In this document: one piece after another, positions 14,611-22,222 of the stretch | Numbering within the stretch: the first letter of the stretch is position 1 | Layout of the letters: each line of letters opens with the position of its first letter | Source of the DNA: Anaerolineae bacterium | Lineage (GTDB): Bacteria > Chloroflexota > Anaerolineae > B4-G1 > DUEL01 | Reading direction: 5' to 3' | NCBI GenBank assembly: GCA_041082215.1 | Contig: JBDOIF010000020.1 | Coordinates: forward strand, 62,001-90,991 | DNA: 28,991 nt | The notes under the pieces: generated by a model | What the model was told of the DNA's origin: nothing | Seen by the model: the letters and a program-made list of their open reading frames with translations, nothing else | Database searches by the model: none | Made by a program: the position numbers and the translations under genes

Positions 14611-16368
14611 ATGTCCAGAGAACAGACCATCGGCTCAATTCTGATCGCCGACTGCGGCAGTGTGCTCACCAAGGCGGTGCTCCTGGACAGGGTGGACGGG
14701 ACCTACCGCTTCGTGGCCCGGGGGCAGGCGCTGACGACCGTCGAGCCCCCCTGGCGGGATATTTCCCTGGGGGTCCAGCACGCCATCCAGCAGATTGAGG
14801 GCACCACGGGATGGGTTCTGCTGGACGAACGGAACGATCTGATCACTCCTCAGGAAGCTGGCGGTCGGGGGGTAGATGCCTTCATCGCCATCGGCAGTGC
14901 CGCCCGCCCTGTCCGGGTGGTGGTGGCCGGGCTCGTGCCCGAGCTGAGCCTTTCCAGCCTGATACGGGCCGTTTCCAGCACATACAGCACCGTCGAGGGT
15001 GTGATCACCCTGGCCCCCGACTGCCGAATGTCCGAGGAAGAACAGGTCCAGATGATCCTGAACCGCCAGCCAGACGTGGTCTGCATTGCCGGCGGGACGG
15101 ACGGGGGGGCGGCTTACCCTGTGCTGGAGCTGGTCCAGACGGCGACGCTGGCCTGTTCGCTGATGGGGGAAGGAAAACGGCCCGGCCTCCTCTTTGCCGG
15201 CAACACCGCCCTCCGCGAACGGGCTGTGAAGGTTGTGGGAGGGCAGGCCGACCTCCGTCCTGTAGACAATGTCCTTCCCTCGCTGGGGGCGGAAAACCCG
15301 CGGGGTGTACAGGAGGAGCTCGATGCCCTGTACCGGGAGCGGAACCTGGTGAACCTGCCTGGAGGGGAACTGCTGACCCGATGGAGCACTCTCCCCGTCC
15401 TCCCTACCGCCACAGCCTTCGGCCGTCTTGTCCACTACCTCTGGTTTCTGGACCAATCCCCCAAAGGCACGCTGGGCATTGACGTGGGAGCGGCTACCAC
15501 CACCGTGGCCGCCGTTTTTGACGGGCGGCTTTCCCTTACCGTCCACAGCGGCCTGGGGTCCGTTTACGGTGGGCGACAGCTTCTGGAAGAGCGGGGAGCG
15601 GAGGCGGTCACCCGTTGGGTCCCTGCTGAGATGAGCGGCGATGAGGCGCTGGGGGGGCTGCTCAACCGGGAGATCCGGCCCGGAAGCGTGCCGGAGACGG
15701 CGGAGGAACTCTGGCTGGAGCAGGCATTAATCCGGGAGGCGATCCGGGAGACGCTGAGGACGGCCCGTCCGGGGTGGGGGCCGAACGGCGCTCAGCCCTA
15801 TCCCCATCTGACCCCTCTGTTCGATCCCATCCTGGTCAGCGGGGGCTGCCTGGCCGGCGCCCCTCGCCCCGGCCAGATCGCCCTGATGGTCCTGGACGCC
15901 GTCGAGCCGATCGGCATCAGTACCCTTCTGGTTGATCCCTACGGGCTGGCTCCCATTCTCGGCGCGGTGGCCAGCCTGAAGCCGCTTGCGGCGGTCGAGG
16001 TGCTGGACGGCGGCGGGATCGTCAACCTGGCGACGGTGATCGCCCCTGTGGGCGTGGCGCGTAAGGGGGAGACGGTCCTCCGGCTCCGCATCCATTATGA
16101 AGAGGGAGGGACCCTGGATGTGGAGGTGGCCTATGGCTCGCTGGAGGTGCTCCCCCTGCCGCCCGGTCAGGAGGCGGTGCTGGAGCTCCGGCCCCGGGGC
16201 CGCTTCGATGTGGGGCTGGGGGGGCCCGGGAAGGGGGGCAAGCGGCGGGTCCGGGGTGGGCTGGCAGGGCTGATTGTGGACGCCCGCGGCCGCCCGCTTC
16301 GCCTTGGGCCCGACCCCGCCCAGCGACGGGAACAGGTCCAGCAGTGGCTGTGGGACGTGGGAGGATAG
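14611..16368 (+). CDS. GlmL (glutamate mutase L)-like ASKHA/actin-fold ATPase
   Basis: Phosphate-1 ILIADCGSVLTKA; IAGGTDGG; phosphate-2 LGIDVGAATT; adenosine-like ILVSGG; C-terminal GLIVDARGRPL. Start ATG 14611. Confidence 0.8.
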   Translation: MSREQTIGSILIADCGSVLTKAVLLDRVDGTYRFVARGQALTTVEPPWRDISLGVQHAIQQIEGTTGWVLLDERNDLITPQEAGGRGVDAFIAIGSAARPVRVVVAGLVPELSLSSLIRAVSSTYSTVEGVITLAPDCRMSEEEQVQMILNRQPDVVCIAGGTDGGAAYPVLELVQTATLACSLMGEGKRPGLLFAGNTALRERAVKVVGGQADLRPVDNVLPSLGAENPRGVQEELDALYRERNLVNLPGGELLTRWSTLPVLPTATAFGRLVHYLWFLDQSPKGTLGIDVGAATTTVAAVFDGRLSLTVHSGLGSVYGGRQLLEERGAEAVTRWVPAEMSGDEALGGLLNREIRPGSVPETAEELWLEQALIREAIRETLRTARPGWGPNGAQPYPHLTPLFDPILVSGGCLAGAPRPGQIALMVLDAVEPIGISTLLVDPYGLAPILGAVASLKPLAAVEVLDGGGIVNLATVIAPVGVARKGETVLRLRIHYEEGGTLDVEVAYGSLEVLPLPPGQEAVLELRPRGRFDVGLGGPGKGGKRRVRGGLAGLIVDARGRPLRLGPDPAQRREQVQQWLWDVGG

Positions 16369-16372
16369 GAGG

Positions 16373-17440
16373 ATGCCCATCTACCCACCTCAAACCATCG
16401 TCTCACCTCTGACACTGGTCCGGCGGGAGCGATGGCTCCCGGCTCCAGGGGAGATCCTGGTGCGGGAAGGGGAACGGGTGGACCCGATCCAGGTCATTGG
16501 CCGCGCCCTTGTTCCCGGCGGTTTCCACATCGTGAACGTCGCCAGGGGCCTCGGCGTCTCCCCCCAGGCCGTCCACCGTTATCTCAGGGTCAAAGCCGGT
16601 CAGGAGGTCAGGCGGGGGGAGGTGCTGGCCGCCCGTGGGGGATTGGGCCGGCGCGTCTGCCGCTCCCCCGTGGATGGCCGTGTCGCCGAGAGCGGAGGGG
16701 GGCGGATTCTCATCGAAGCCTCGCCCCAGGAGCTGGAGGTCCGGGCCGATTACTACGGCACCGTGACGCGGGTGATCCCCGAGCGGGGGGTAATCCTCCA
16801 GATCTCCGGCTCGCTCATCCAGGGGGCCTGGGGGAATGGACGGCTGGAGATCGGCGTGCTGCACGCGATGACGGAAACGCGGGATCAGCTCCTGAAGGGA
16901 AGGGCGCTGGACGCTTCCTGCCGGGGCACCATCCTTCTCGGCGGCGCATATATGGACGAGGAGGCGCTGGAGCGGGCAGTAGAGTTCCAGGCGCGAGGGA
17001 TCATCGTTGGAAGCATCCCTCCTGGGTTGCTGAAGAAGGCGGCGCAGGTCCCCTGCCCGGTGATCGCGACGGAGGGTATCGGCACCGCCCCGATGTCCAG
17101 CCGCATTTTCCAGCTTCTCTCCACCCATAACGGCCGCGAGGCCATTCTGGACGGACGATTCCAGAGCCGATGGGAACGGGTCTGGCCAGAGATCATCATC
17201 CCCCTGCCTGCGGAGGCAGGCACGGACCGGCTGCGGCCTCAGGACACCCCCCTCCAGGTGGGAGACCGGGTACGGGCGGTCCGATCCCCCAACATCGGGC
17301 TGACGGGCACAGTGGTGGACCTGTCTGAAAGGCCGGTGCGTCTCCCCACCGGGGCGCGCACGCCGGCGATCAGGGTTCAGCCAGAGGGCGGAAGAGAGCC
17401 GGTATGGATTCCCGTGCCCAACCTGGAGATCCTGCGCTAG
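16373..17440 (+). CDS. Uncharacterised protein with RnfC/NqrA-like barrel-sandwich hybrid motifs and a C-terminal KOW/SH3-like domain
   Basis: GEILVREGERV; VKAGQEVRRGEVLA...SPVDGRV; central alpha/beta segment ARGIIVGSI; LQVGDRVRAVRSPNIGLTGTVVDL. SD AGGAGG directly before ATG 16373. Confidence 0.75.
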   Translation: MPIYPPQTIVSPLTLVRRERWLPAPGEILVREGERVDPIQVIGRALVPGGFHIVNVARGLGVSPQAVHRYLRVKAGQEVRRGEVLAARGGLGRRVCRSPVDGRVAESGGGRILIEASPQELEVRADYYGTVTRVIPERGVILQISGSLIQGAWGNGRLEIGVLHAMTETRDQLLKGRALDASCRGTILLGGAYMDEEALERAVEFQARGIIVGSIPPGLLKKAAQVPCPVIATEGIGTAPMSSRIFQLLSTHNGREAILDGRFQSRWERVWPEIIIPLPAEAGTDRLRPQDTPLQVGDRVRAVRSPNIGLTGTVVDLSERPVRLPTGARTPAIRVQPEGGREPVWIPVPNLEILR

Positions 17441-17449
17441 GAGGAAGTT

Positions 17450-18034
17450 ATGGAAGACATGGATTTGGAACTGGAAGGAATGGAGGAAGAAGAAGAGGGG
17501 GTCGAGCGACAGAATCGGACCTTTGTCCTCCTGGTGGCGGTGATGGGCGGCCTCCTGTTGATCGGCATCATAGCCTTCTGTGCCTGGGTCCTGATCGTCG
17601 GACGGGGGATGCTCAGAGGAGAGGCGGCGGTCGCTCCAACCAGCACGCCACCCCAGGTCGCGGCCGCCGATCTGACCGCTACGGCGGAGGCCCTTGCCCC
17701 GACCACGGCGCCGACCACCGAGGAGGCCGCTCCGGCGACCGAGCCGCCGACGCTTTCCCCTTCTCCCTCGCCGACCCCATCTCCCACCCCCAGTCCCACC
17801 GCAAGCCCCACTCCCTCTCCTGCGGAGGCCCGTCCAGGGACGCCGGCCAGCGCCGCCGGGGTGACGCCTACCATCGGCCCACAACGTACCACGCCACGGA
17901 CGACGGCGGCGGTAACACCGTCGGCCCCCACCTCCTCTCCTGAAACGGGCCTGGGGACCTTCACAGCGCTGATCCTGGCCGCCGGGCTTCTCGTCCTCCT
18001 GTTCGTCGCGCGTCGGCTGCGGATCGCCCACTGA
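17450..18034 (+). CDS. Pro/Thr-rich membrane/surface protein with an LPXTG-like (SPETG) C-terminal signal
   Basis: Acidic N-terminus, TM, (SP/TP)n stalk, SPETG + hydrophobic helix + RRLR; SD AGGAGG. Confidence 0.8.
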   Translation: MEDMDLELEGMEEEEEGVERQNRTFVLLVAVMGGLLLIGIIAFCAWVLIVGRGMLRGEAAVAPTSTPPQVAAADLTATAEALAPTTAPTTEEAAPATEPPTLSPSPSPTPSPTPSPTASPTPSPAEARPGTPASAAGVTPTIGPQRTTPRTTAAVTPSAPTSSPETGLGTFTALILAAGLLVLLFVARRLRIAH

Positions 18035-18124
18035 GCGGCAGCCGTTTCCGCCAGAACAAAGCGCCAACGCGCGGGCCCTGGCCTGCCGTTGGCGTCACTT
18101 ATATCCCGACCCTGTCGAGGTTTT

Positions 18125-19483
18125 ATGAAAAACGTGGAACGCCCAGAGACACAGGCCTGCCTGCTCGCCCATCTGTCCGGTGGGAAGTGTTGCGCCCTCG
18201 TCGGCCTGAGCAACACCGGCAAATCGGCTCTCCTGCGTTCTCTATGTATGCAGGAGCCTCTACCGGCCCCGTTGAGGGATACCTTCCCTGTCTATGTGGA
18301 TTGCAACCGGATGCTGGAGCTTTCCCAGCAGGGCTTCTATGAGGCAATCCTGCGGGCCGTCCGCTCCCGGGCGCGGGACCGGTCGCTCGAGCCGGACCTG
18401 CTGGCAAGGCTGGAGACGGCCTATGAGACCGTTGTCCACCCGGCCTCCTCTCTCTCCATTCCCCTGGGGTTCAACGACGCGATGGAGGGGCTGTGTGAGG
18501 CCCGACTGCGACCGGTGCTGGTCCTGGATGAGTTCGACGAACCCTTCCAGGCGCTGGAAGGGCGGATCTTCCTGAACCTGCGGGCGCTGCGGGATCGGTA
18601 TCGGGAACGGCTGCTGTACGTGACCGCCACCGCACGGACGCTGGAGGAGCTTCGGGACGACATAGAGACGGCCGAATTCCGCGAGCTCTTCGTCGGCCAA
18701 GTCTGCCGACTGGGAATGCTGGAAGAAGGGAGCGCCAGGGCGACCATCGCTGCTCTGGCAAATGAGGAAGGAGTTCCGCTCGACTCCGGGGAGGTCGAGT
18801 TCATCGTCCGGGCCTCCGGCGGACACCTGGGGCTGATCCACGGGGTCTTCCGCCTGCTTCTCCGGGCGCGGAGGGAGGCTCCGCAGACCTACGGACGGAT
18901 GGGGGTGCGGCTGGTGGAGGAGGCCCTGGCGGGGGACGGGGCGGTGTGTGGAGAATGTGAGCGGCTATGGGCTCAGCTCACCCCCACCGAACGCCGGGCG
19001 CTTTTGGCGCTGACCCGGGGAGAGCAACTGCCTCTGGAAGAGCAGGAGCAGCTCCGCCGGCTGGGTCTGGTCGCCCAGGAGGGGGCGGTCTTCTCCGACG
19101 CCTTTGCCGGGTTTGTGCGACGCTTCAGGCGGGAGGGAGCGGCCCGGCCGATGGGCCTCTGGCTGGACGAGGATGCCGGAGAGGTATATGTGGACGGGCG
19201 CCGCGTCCCCACGCTGACGGAGCTGGAATACCGCCTGCTTCAGACCCTCTACCGCCGGATGGGCAAGCTGTGCGATAAGTATCTGCTGGTGGAAGAGGTG
19301 TGGGGGGAATCGTACATTGACGAAGTGGACGATGCCCGCATCGAGAAGCTGATCAGTCGCCTGCGGGCCAAGATCGAGGAGGACCCCGCCAACCCCCGCT
19401 ACCTGATCACCGTCCGTGGGCGGGGTTATCGGCTGGTTGGCCGGCCGGATGATGAGTTGCCAGGAACGGTCAATGTGGTATAA
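18125..19483 (+). CDS. P-loop (STAND/AAA-like) NTPase fused to a C-terminal OmpR/PhoB-type winged-helix DNA-binding domain
   Basis: Walker A GLSNTGKS; Walker B VLVLDEFD; SGGHLGL; C-terminus LTELEYRLL...ISRLRAKIEEDPANPRYLITVRGRGYRL. Confidence 0.85.
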   Translation: MKNVERPETQACLLAHLSGGKCCALVGLSNTGKSALLRSLCMQEPLPAPLRDTFPVYVDCNRMLELSQQGFYEAILRAVRSRARDRSLEPDLLARLETAYETVVHPASSLSIPLGFNDAMEGLCEARLRPVLVLDEFDEPFQALEGRIFLNLRALRDRYRERLLYVTATARTLEELRDDIETAEFRELFVGQVCRLGMLEEGSARATIAALANEEGVPLDSGEVEFIVRASGGHLGLIHGVFRLLLRARREAPQTYGRMGVRLVEEALAGDGAVCGECERLWAQLTPTERRALLALTRGEQLPLEEQEQLRRLGLVAQEGAVFSDAFAGFVRRFRREGAARPMGLWLDEDAGEVYVDGRRVPTLTELEYRLLQTLYRRMGKLCDKYLLVEEVWGESYIDEVDDARIEKLISRLRAKIEEDPANPRYLITVRGRGYRLVGRPDDELPGTVNVV

Positions 19484-19484
19484 T
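19457..19484 (+). promoter_or_regulatory. Putative tRNA promoter inside the 3' end of the upstream CDS
   Basis: TTGCCA-16 bp-TATAAT with extended -10 TG; the upstream TAA stop is part of the -10 box. Confidence 0.65.
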
Positions 19485-19499
19485 TTTCTCAAAGTTCAG

Positions 19500-19575
19500 G
19501 CCACCCTAGCTCAATCGGCAGAGCAACCGCTTCGTAAGCGGTCGGTTGTCGGTTCAAGTCCGACGGGTGGCTCCA
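19500..19575 (+). tRNA. tRNA-Thr (anticodon CGT)
   Basis: Acceptor stem GCCACCC/GGGTGGC; anticodon arm ACCGC-TTCGTAA-GCGGT; T arm GTCGG-TTCAAGT-CCGAC; encoded CCA. Confidence 0.96.
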
Positions 19576-19581
19576 TCGGCC

Positions 19582-19608
19582 GGGCCCCGACGGTGGCGGG
19601 GCCTTTTG
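19582..19608 (+). terminator. Intrinsic terminator after the tRNA
   Basis: GGCCCCG-7 nt-CGGGGCC followed by TTTTG. Confidence 0.7.
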
Positions 19609-19609
19609 T

Positions 19610-20836
19610 GTGATGATGGACGGACGATCACCCCTTCGACGCGACCCCTGGTCTGTGGCCTGGCGCCTGGCCTCAGGAGGTCAGCTTCTGGCAGCCGTCC
19701 TCCTGGGGCTGGCGGTCTATCTTCTGCTGCTGACCCTGATCCCCCAGGTCCCAGCCGATCCCCTGATGGCCGACCGCTGGCTGGCCCAGGCCCAGGCCCG
19801 CTTCGGCTCCGCCACAGGGCCTGTCTACCGGCTGGGGCTTTTCTCCCTCGCCGGATCCCCCATCCCTCGCCTCCTCCTCATCCTCATCGGCTTCCTGCTT
19901 CTGGCAGGAGGGTCCGCACAGGTCGAGCGGCTCCTCTTCCTCCATCGCTCCGGCTGGCGGCAAGGATGGAGGGAGACCGGAGCGGCCATTGCCCGGACGG
20001 CGGCCTGTCTCGGCCCTCTCCTCCTGTTGCTGGGGCTGCTGGTCAATCAGCGATGGGGCTGGCGCGTGGACGGTCTGGTCGGCCGTCCGGGAGAGCCGCT
20101 GGACGTGCCCGGACACGGTAGAATCCCCCTTCGGCTCGTCCCTTCCGGCATCCGCTCCGCCAGCCCCGGCGTGGCCGTTTATGTCACCGGCAGCGGGCCT
20201 GAACTGAGGGTCCGGGCATACGACGCATCCGGCAATCCCCTCCCCCTTCAGCGGACCCCAAGGGATGCGGCGCAGCGGGAGCTGGTTCTGCGCCTTTTTC
20301 CCAATGTCCCGGAGGCCTTCTTCGCCATTTCGGACGGGGAGCTGATCGGTCGGGCAAGCGCGCTGGATATGTACAGCCTCTCTGCAGAAAGCCCCCTCTA
20401 TCTTCAGCTCTTTCGCCCCCCCAGCGGGGACCAGGTCTATCAGACCGAACTGACCGGCGAGGAGGTTGAGTTAGAAGTGGAGGGGATGCGGCTGCGGATT
20501 ATCCGTTCCTCCTATCTTCTCCTGGCCGCCAGCCACAGCCCTGGCCGCTGGCTCCAGGAGGTGGGGATCGTCCTGACCGCCCTTGGCCTCATCGCCCTGT
20601 CCTTCTGGGAGGCGGGGGGGGAAGGCTGGCGAAGGAGAGCCGGAGTAGCGTCTGCTGCGTTGCTGGCCCTTCTGACCCTGGCGGCGGCCGGGATGGCCCT
20701 GCGGAGCCTGGTCAAACTCGGCCTGGTATGGGACCGTTCCGCCACCCAGGCGGGCTTCACGATAGCCTGGTTGATCGCTCTGGCCGGGAGGCTTTTCCTT
20801 ACCCAGCCGACAGTGGAAGAAGGAGAGGAGCGATGA
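19610..20836 (+). CDS. Divergent ResB/CcsB-like membrane protein with a short CcsA-like tail
   Basis: LLLTLIPQ...RLGLFSLAGSP resembles the ResB N-terminus; soluble beta-rich domain; SHSPG + TM resembles the ResB xDPG end; extra TMs around LGLVWDRS. Confidence 0.55.
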   Translation: MMMDGRSPLRRDPWSVAWRLASGGQLLAAVLLGLAVYLLLLTLIPQVPADPLMADRWLAQAQARFGSATGPVYRLGLFSLAGSPIPRLLLILIGFLLLAGGSAQVERLLFLHRSGWRQGWRETGAAIARTAACLGPLLLLLGLLVNQRWGWRVDGLVGRPGEPLDVPGHGRIPLRLVPSGIRSASPGVAVYVTGSGPELRVRAYDASGNPLPLQRTPRDAAQRELVLRLFPNVPEAFFAISDGELIGRASALDMYSLSAESPLYLQLFRPPSGDQVYQTELTGEEVELEVEGMRLRIIRSSYLLLAASHSPGRWLQEVGIVLTALGLIALSFWEAGGEGWRRRAGVASAALLALLTLAAAGMALRSLVKLGLVWDRSATQAGFTIAWLIALAGRLFLTQPTVEEGEER

Positions 20837-21483
20837 ACAAAGGGCCGGTTATCATCGGGGTAGCAGGAGGCACAGGATCGGGGAAGACGACTGTGGCCCG
20901 GCGGATCCTGGAGCGGGTCGGTGCCGAGCACGTCGCCTACATCCCCCACGACGCCTACTACCGCGACCTCAGCCACCTCCCTCCCGCCCTCCGGTCCCAG
21001 GTCAATTTCGACCACCCGGATTCGCTGGAGACCGAACTCCTGATCGAGCACCTCAAGCAACTGAAGGCCGGGAAGCCGGTGGAGATCCCCGTTTACGATT
21101 TCACCACCCACACGCGGACGGCCGAGACACGACGGGTCGGCCCTGCGCCGGTGATCCTGGTGGAGGGGATTCTGGTCTTTGCCGAGCCGGCGTTGCGGGA
21201 ACTGTTCGACGTCAAACTCTACGTGGACACCGATGCCGACATCCGCATTATCCGCCGTCTCCAGCGGGACGTGCAGGAGCGGGGGCGGACGCTCGATTCC
21301 GTGATCCAGCAGTACCTGACGACGGTGCGGCCCATGCATCTGGAGTTCGTCGAGCCGAGCAAACGGTATGCCGACGTCATCATCCCCGAGGGGGGGTTCA
21401 ACGAGGTGGCCGTCGAGATGGTCGCTGCCCGGATCCGCGGGCTTCTGGCTCTGAGAGACTCTTTAGAACAGGATTGCCCTTGA
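20833..21483 (+). CDS. udk: Uridine kinase
   Basis: IIGVAGGTGSGKTT; HDAYY; NFDHPDS; VEGIL; RRLQRDVQERGR; VRPMHLEFVEPSKRYAD. Confidence 0.95.
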   Translation: MNKGPVIIGVAGGTGSGKTTVARRILERVGAEHVAYIPHDAYYRDLSHLPPALRSQVNFDHPDSLETELLIEHLKQLKAGKPVEIPVYDFTTHTRTAETRRVGPAPVILVEGILVFAEPALRELFDVKLYVDTDADIRIIRRLQRDVQERGRTLDSVIQQYLTTVRPMHLEFVEPSKRYADVIIPEGGFNEVAVEMVAARIRGLLALRDSLEQDCP

Positions 21484-22187
21484 AGCTTTCCATCCTCATC
21501 CCCGTCTACAACGAAATGGCTACGATCACCCAGGTGGTGGAGCGGGTAATGGCCGTCGAGATCGAAGCCGAAAAGGAGGTCATCATCATTGATGACGGCT
21601 CTACCGACGGCACCTGGGAGGTGGTCCAGGAGCTGGCTGCCCGCTGGCCGGGAGTGGTGAGGCCGCTGCGGCATGAGCGGAATCGGGGGAAGGGGGCCGC
21701 GCTTCAGACCGCTGCCGCATATGTCACGGGCGACCTGGTGATCACGCAGGATGCGGACCTGGAGTACGATCCAGCGGAGTATCCCCGGCTGCTGGCTCCA
21801 TTCGCTATGCCGGAAGTGCAGGTGGTCTACGGCTCGCGCAACCTCCAGCGGAACCCCCGTTCGTCGTGGGCCTTCTACTGGGGCGGGCGGCTGTTGAGCT
21901 GGCTGGTCAACCTGCTCTACGGCGCCCGCATCACCGACGAGGCCACCGGCTACAAAGTGTTCCGGGCCGAACTGTTCCGCAGTCTGAACATCCGGTCGAA
22001 CGGCTTTGAGTTCTGCCCTGAGGTCACGGCCAAGGTCCTGCGTCGCGGGATCATGATCCACGAAGTGCCCATTTCCTACCGGCCCCGCTCCCGCGAAGAG
22101 GGGAAGAAGATCCACTGGAAAGACGGGCTGATCGCCATATGGACGCTGGTGAGGTACCGATTTCTGAAGGAAGACGAGCCGGGATAA
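21480..22187 (+). CDS. GT2 glycosyltransferase, polyprenol-phosphate glycosyltransferase (DPM1-like)
   Basis: SILIPVYNE; IDDGSTDGT; NRGKGAA; QDADLEYDP; VYGSR; GFEFCPEVTAK. TTG start overlaps the udk stop (alternative start 21474). Confidence 0.9.
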   Translation: MKLSILIPVYNEMATITQVVERVMAVEIEAEKEVIIIDDGSTDGTWEVVQELAARWPGVVRPLRHERNRGKGAALQTAAAYVTGDLVITQDADLEYDPAEYPRLLAPFAMPEVQVVYGSRNLQRNPRSSWAFYWGGRLLSWLVNLLYGARITDEATGYKVFRAELFRSLNIRSNGFEFCPEVTAKVLRRGIMIHEVPISYRPRSREEGKKIHWKDGLIAIWTLVRYRFLKEDEPG

Positions 22188-22222
22188 GGAGTGGGAAGCA
22201 AGAAGCGGGAGGGGCGGCTGGA

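Noticed and set aside
14611..16368. Annotation as DNA mismatch-repair MutL or as catalytic glutamate mutase
   Set aside because: No GHKL motifs and no DxHxxG B12-binding motif; the motifs are ASKHA-type.
19500..19610. tRNA-Thr as an integration site for a genomic island
   Set aside because: No integrase and no duplicated tRNA 3' end seen in the window; the tRNA is followed by its terminator and host-like genes.
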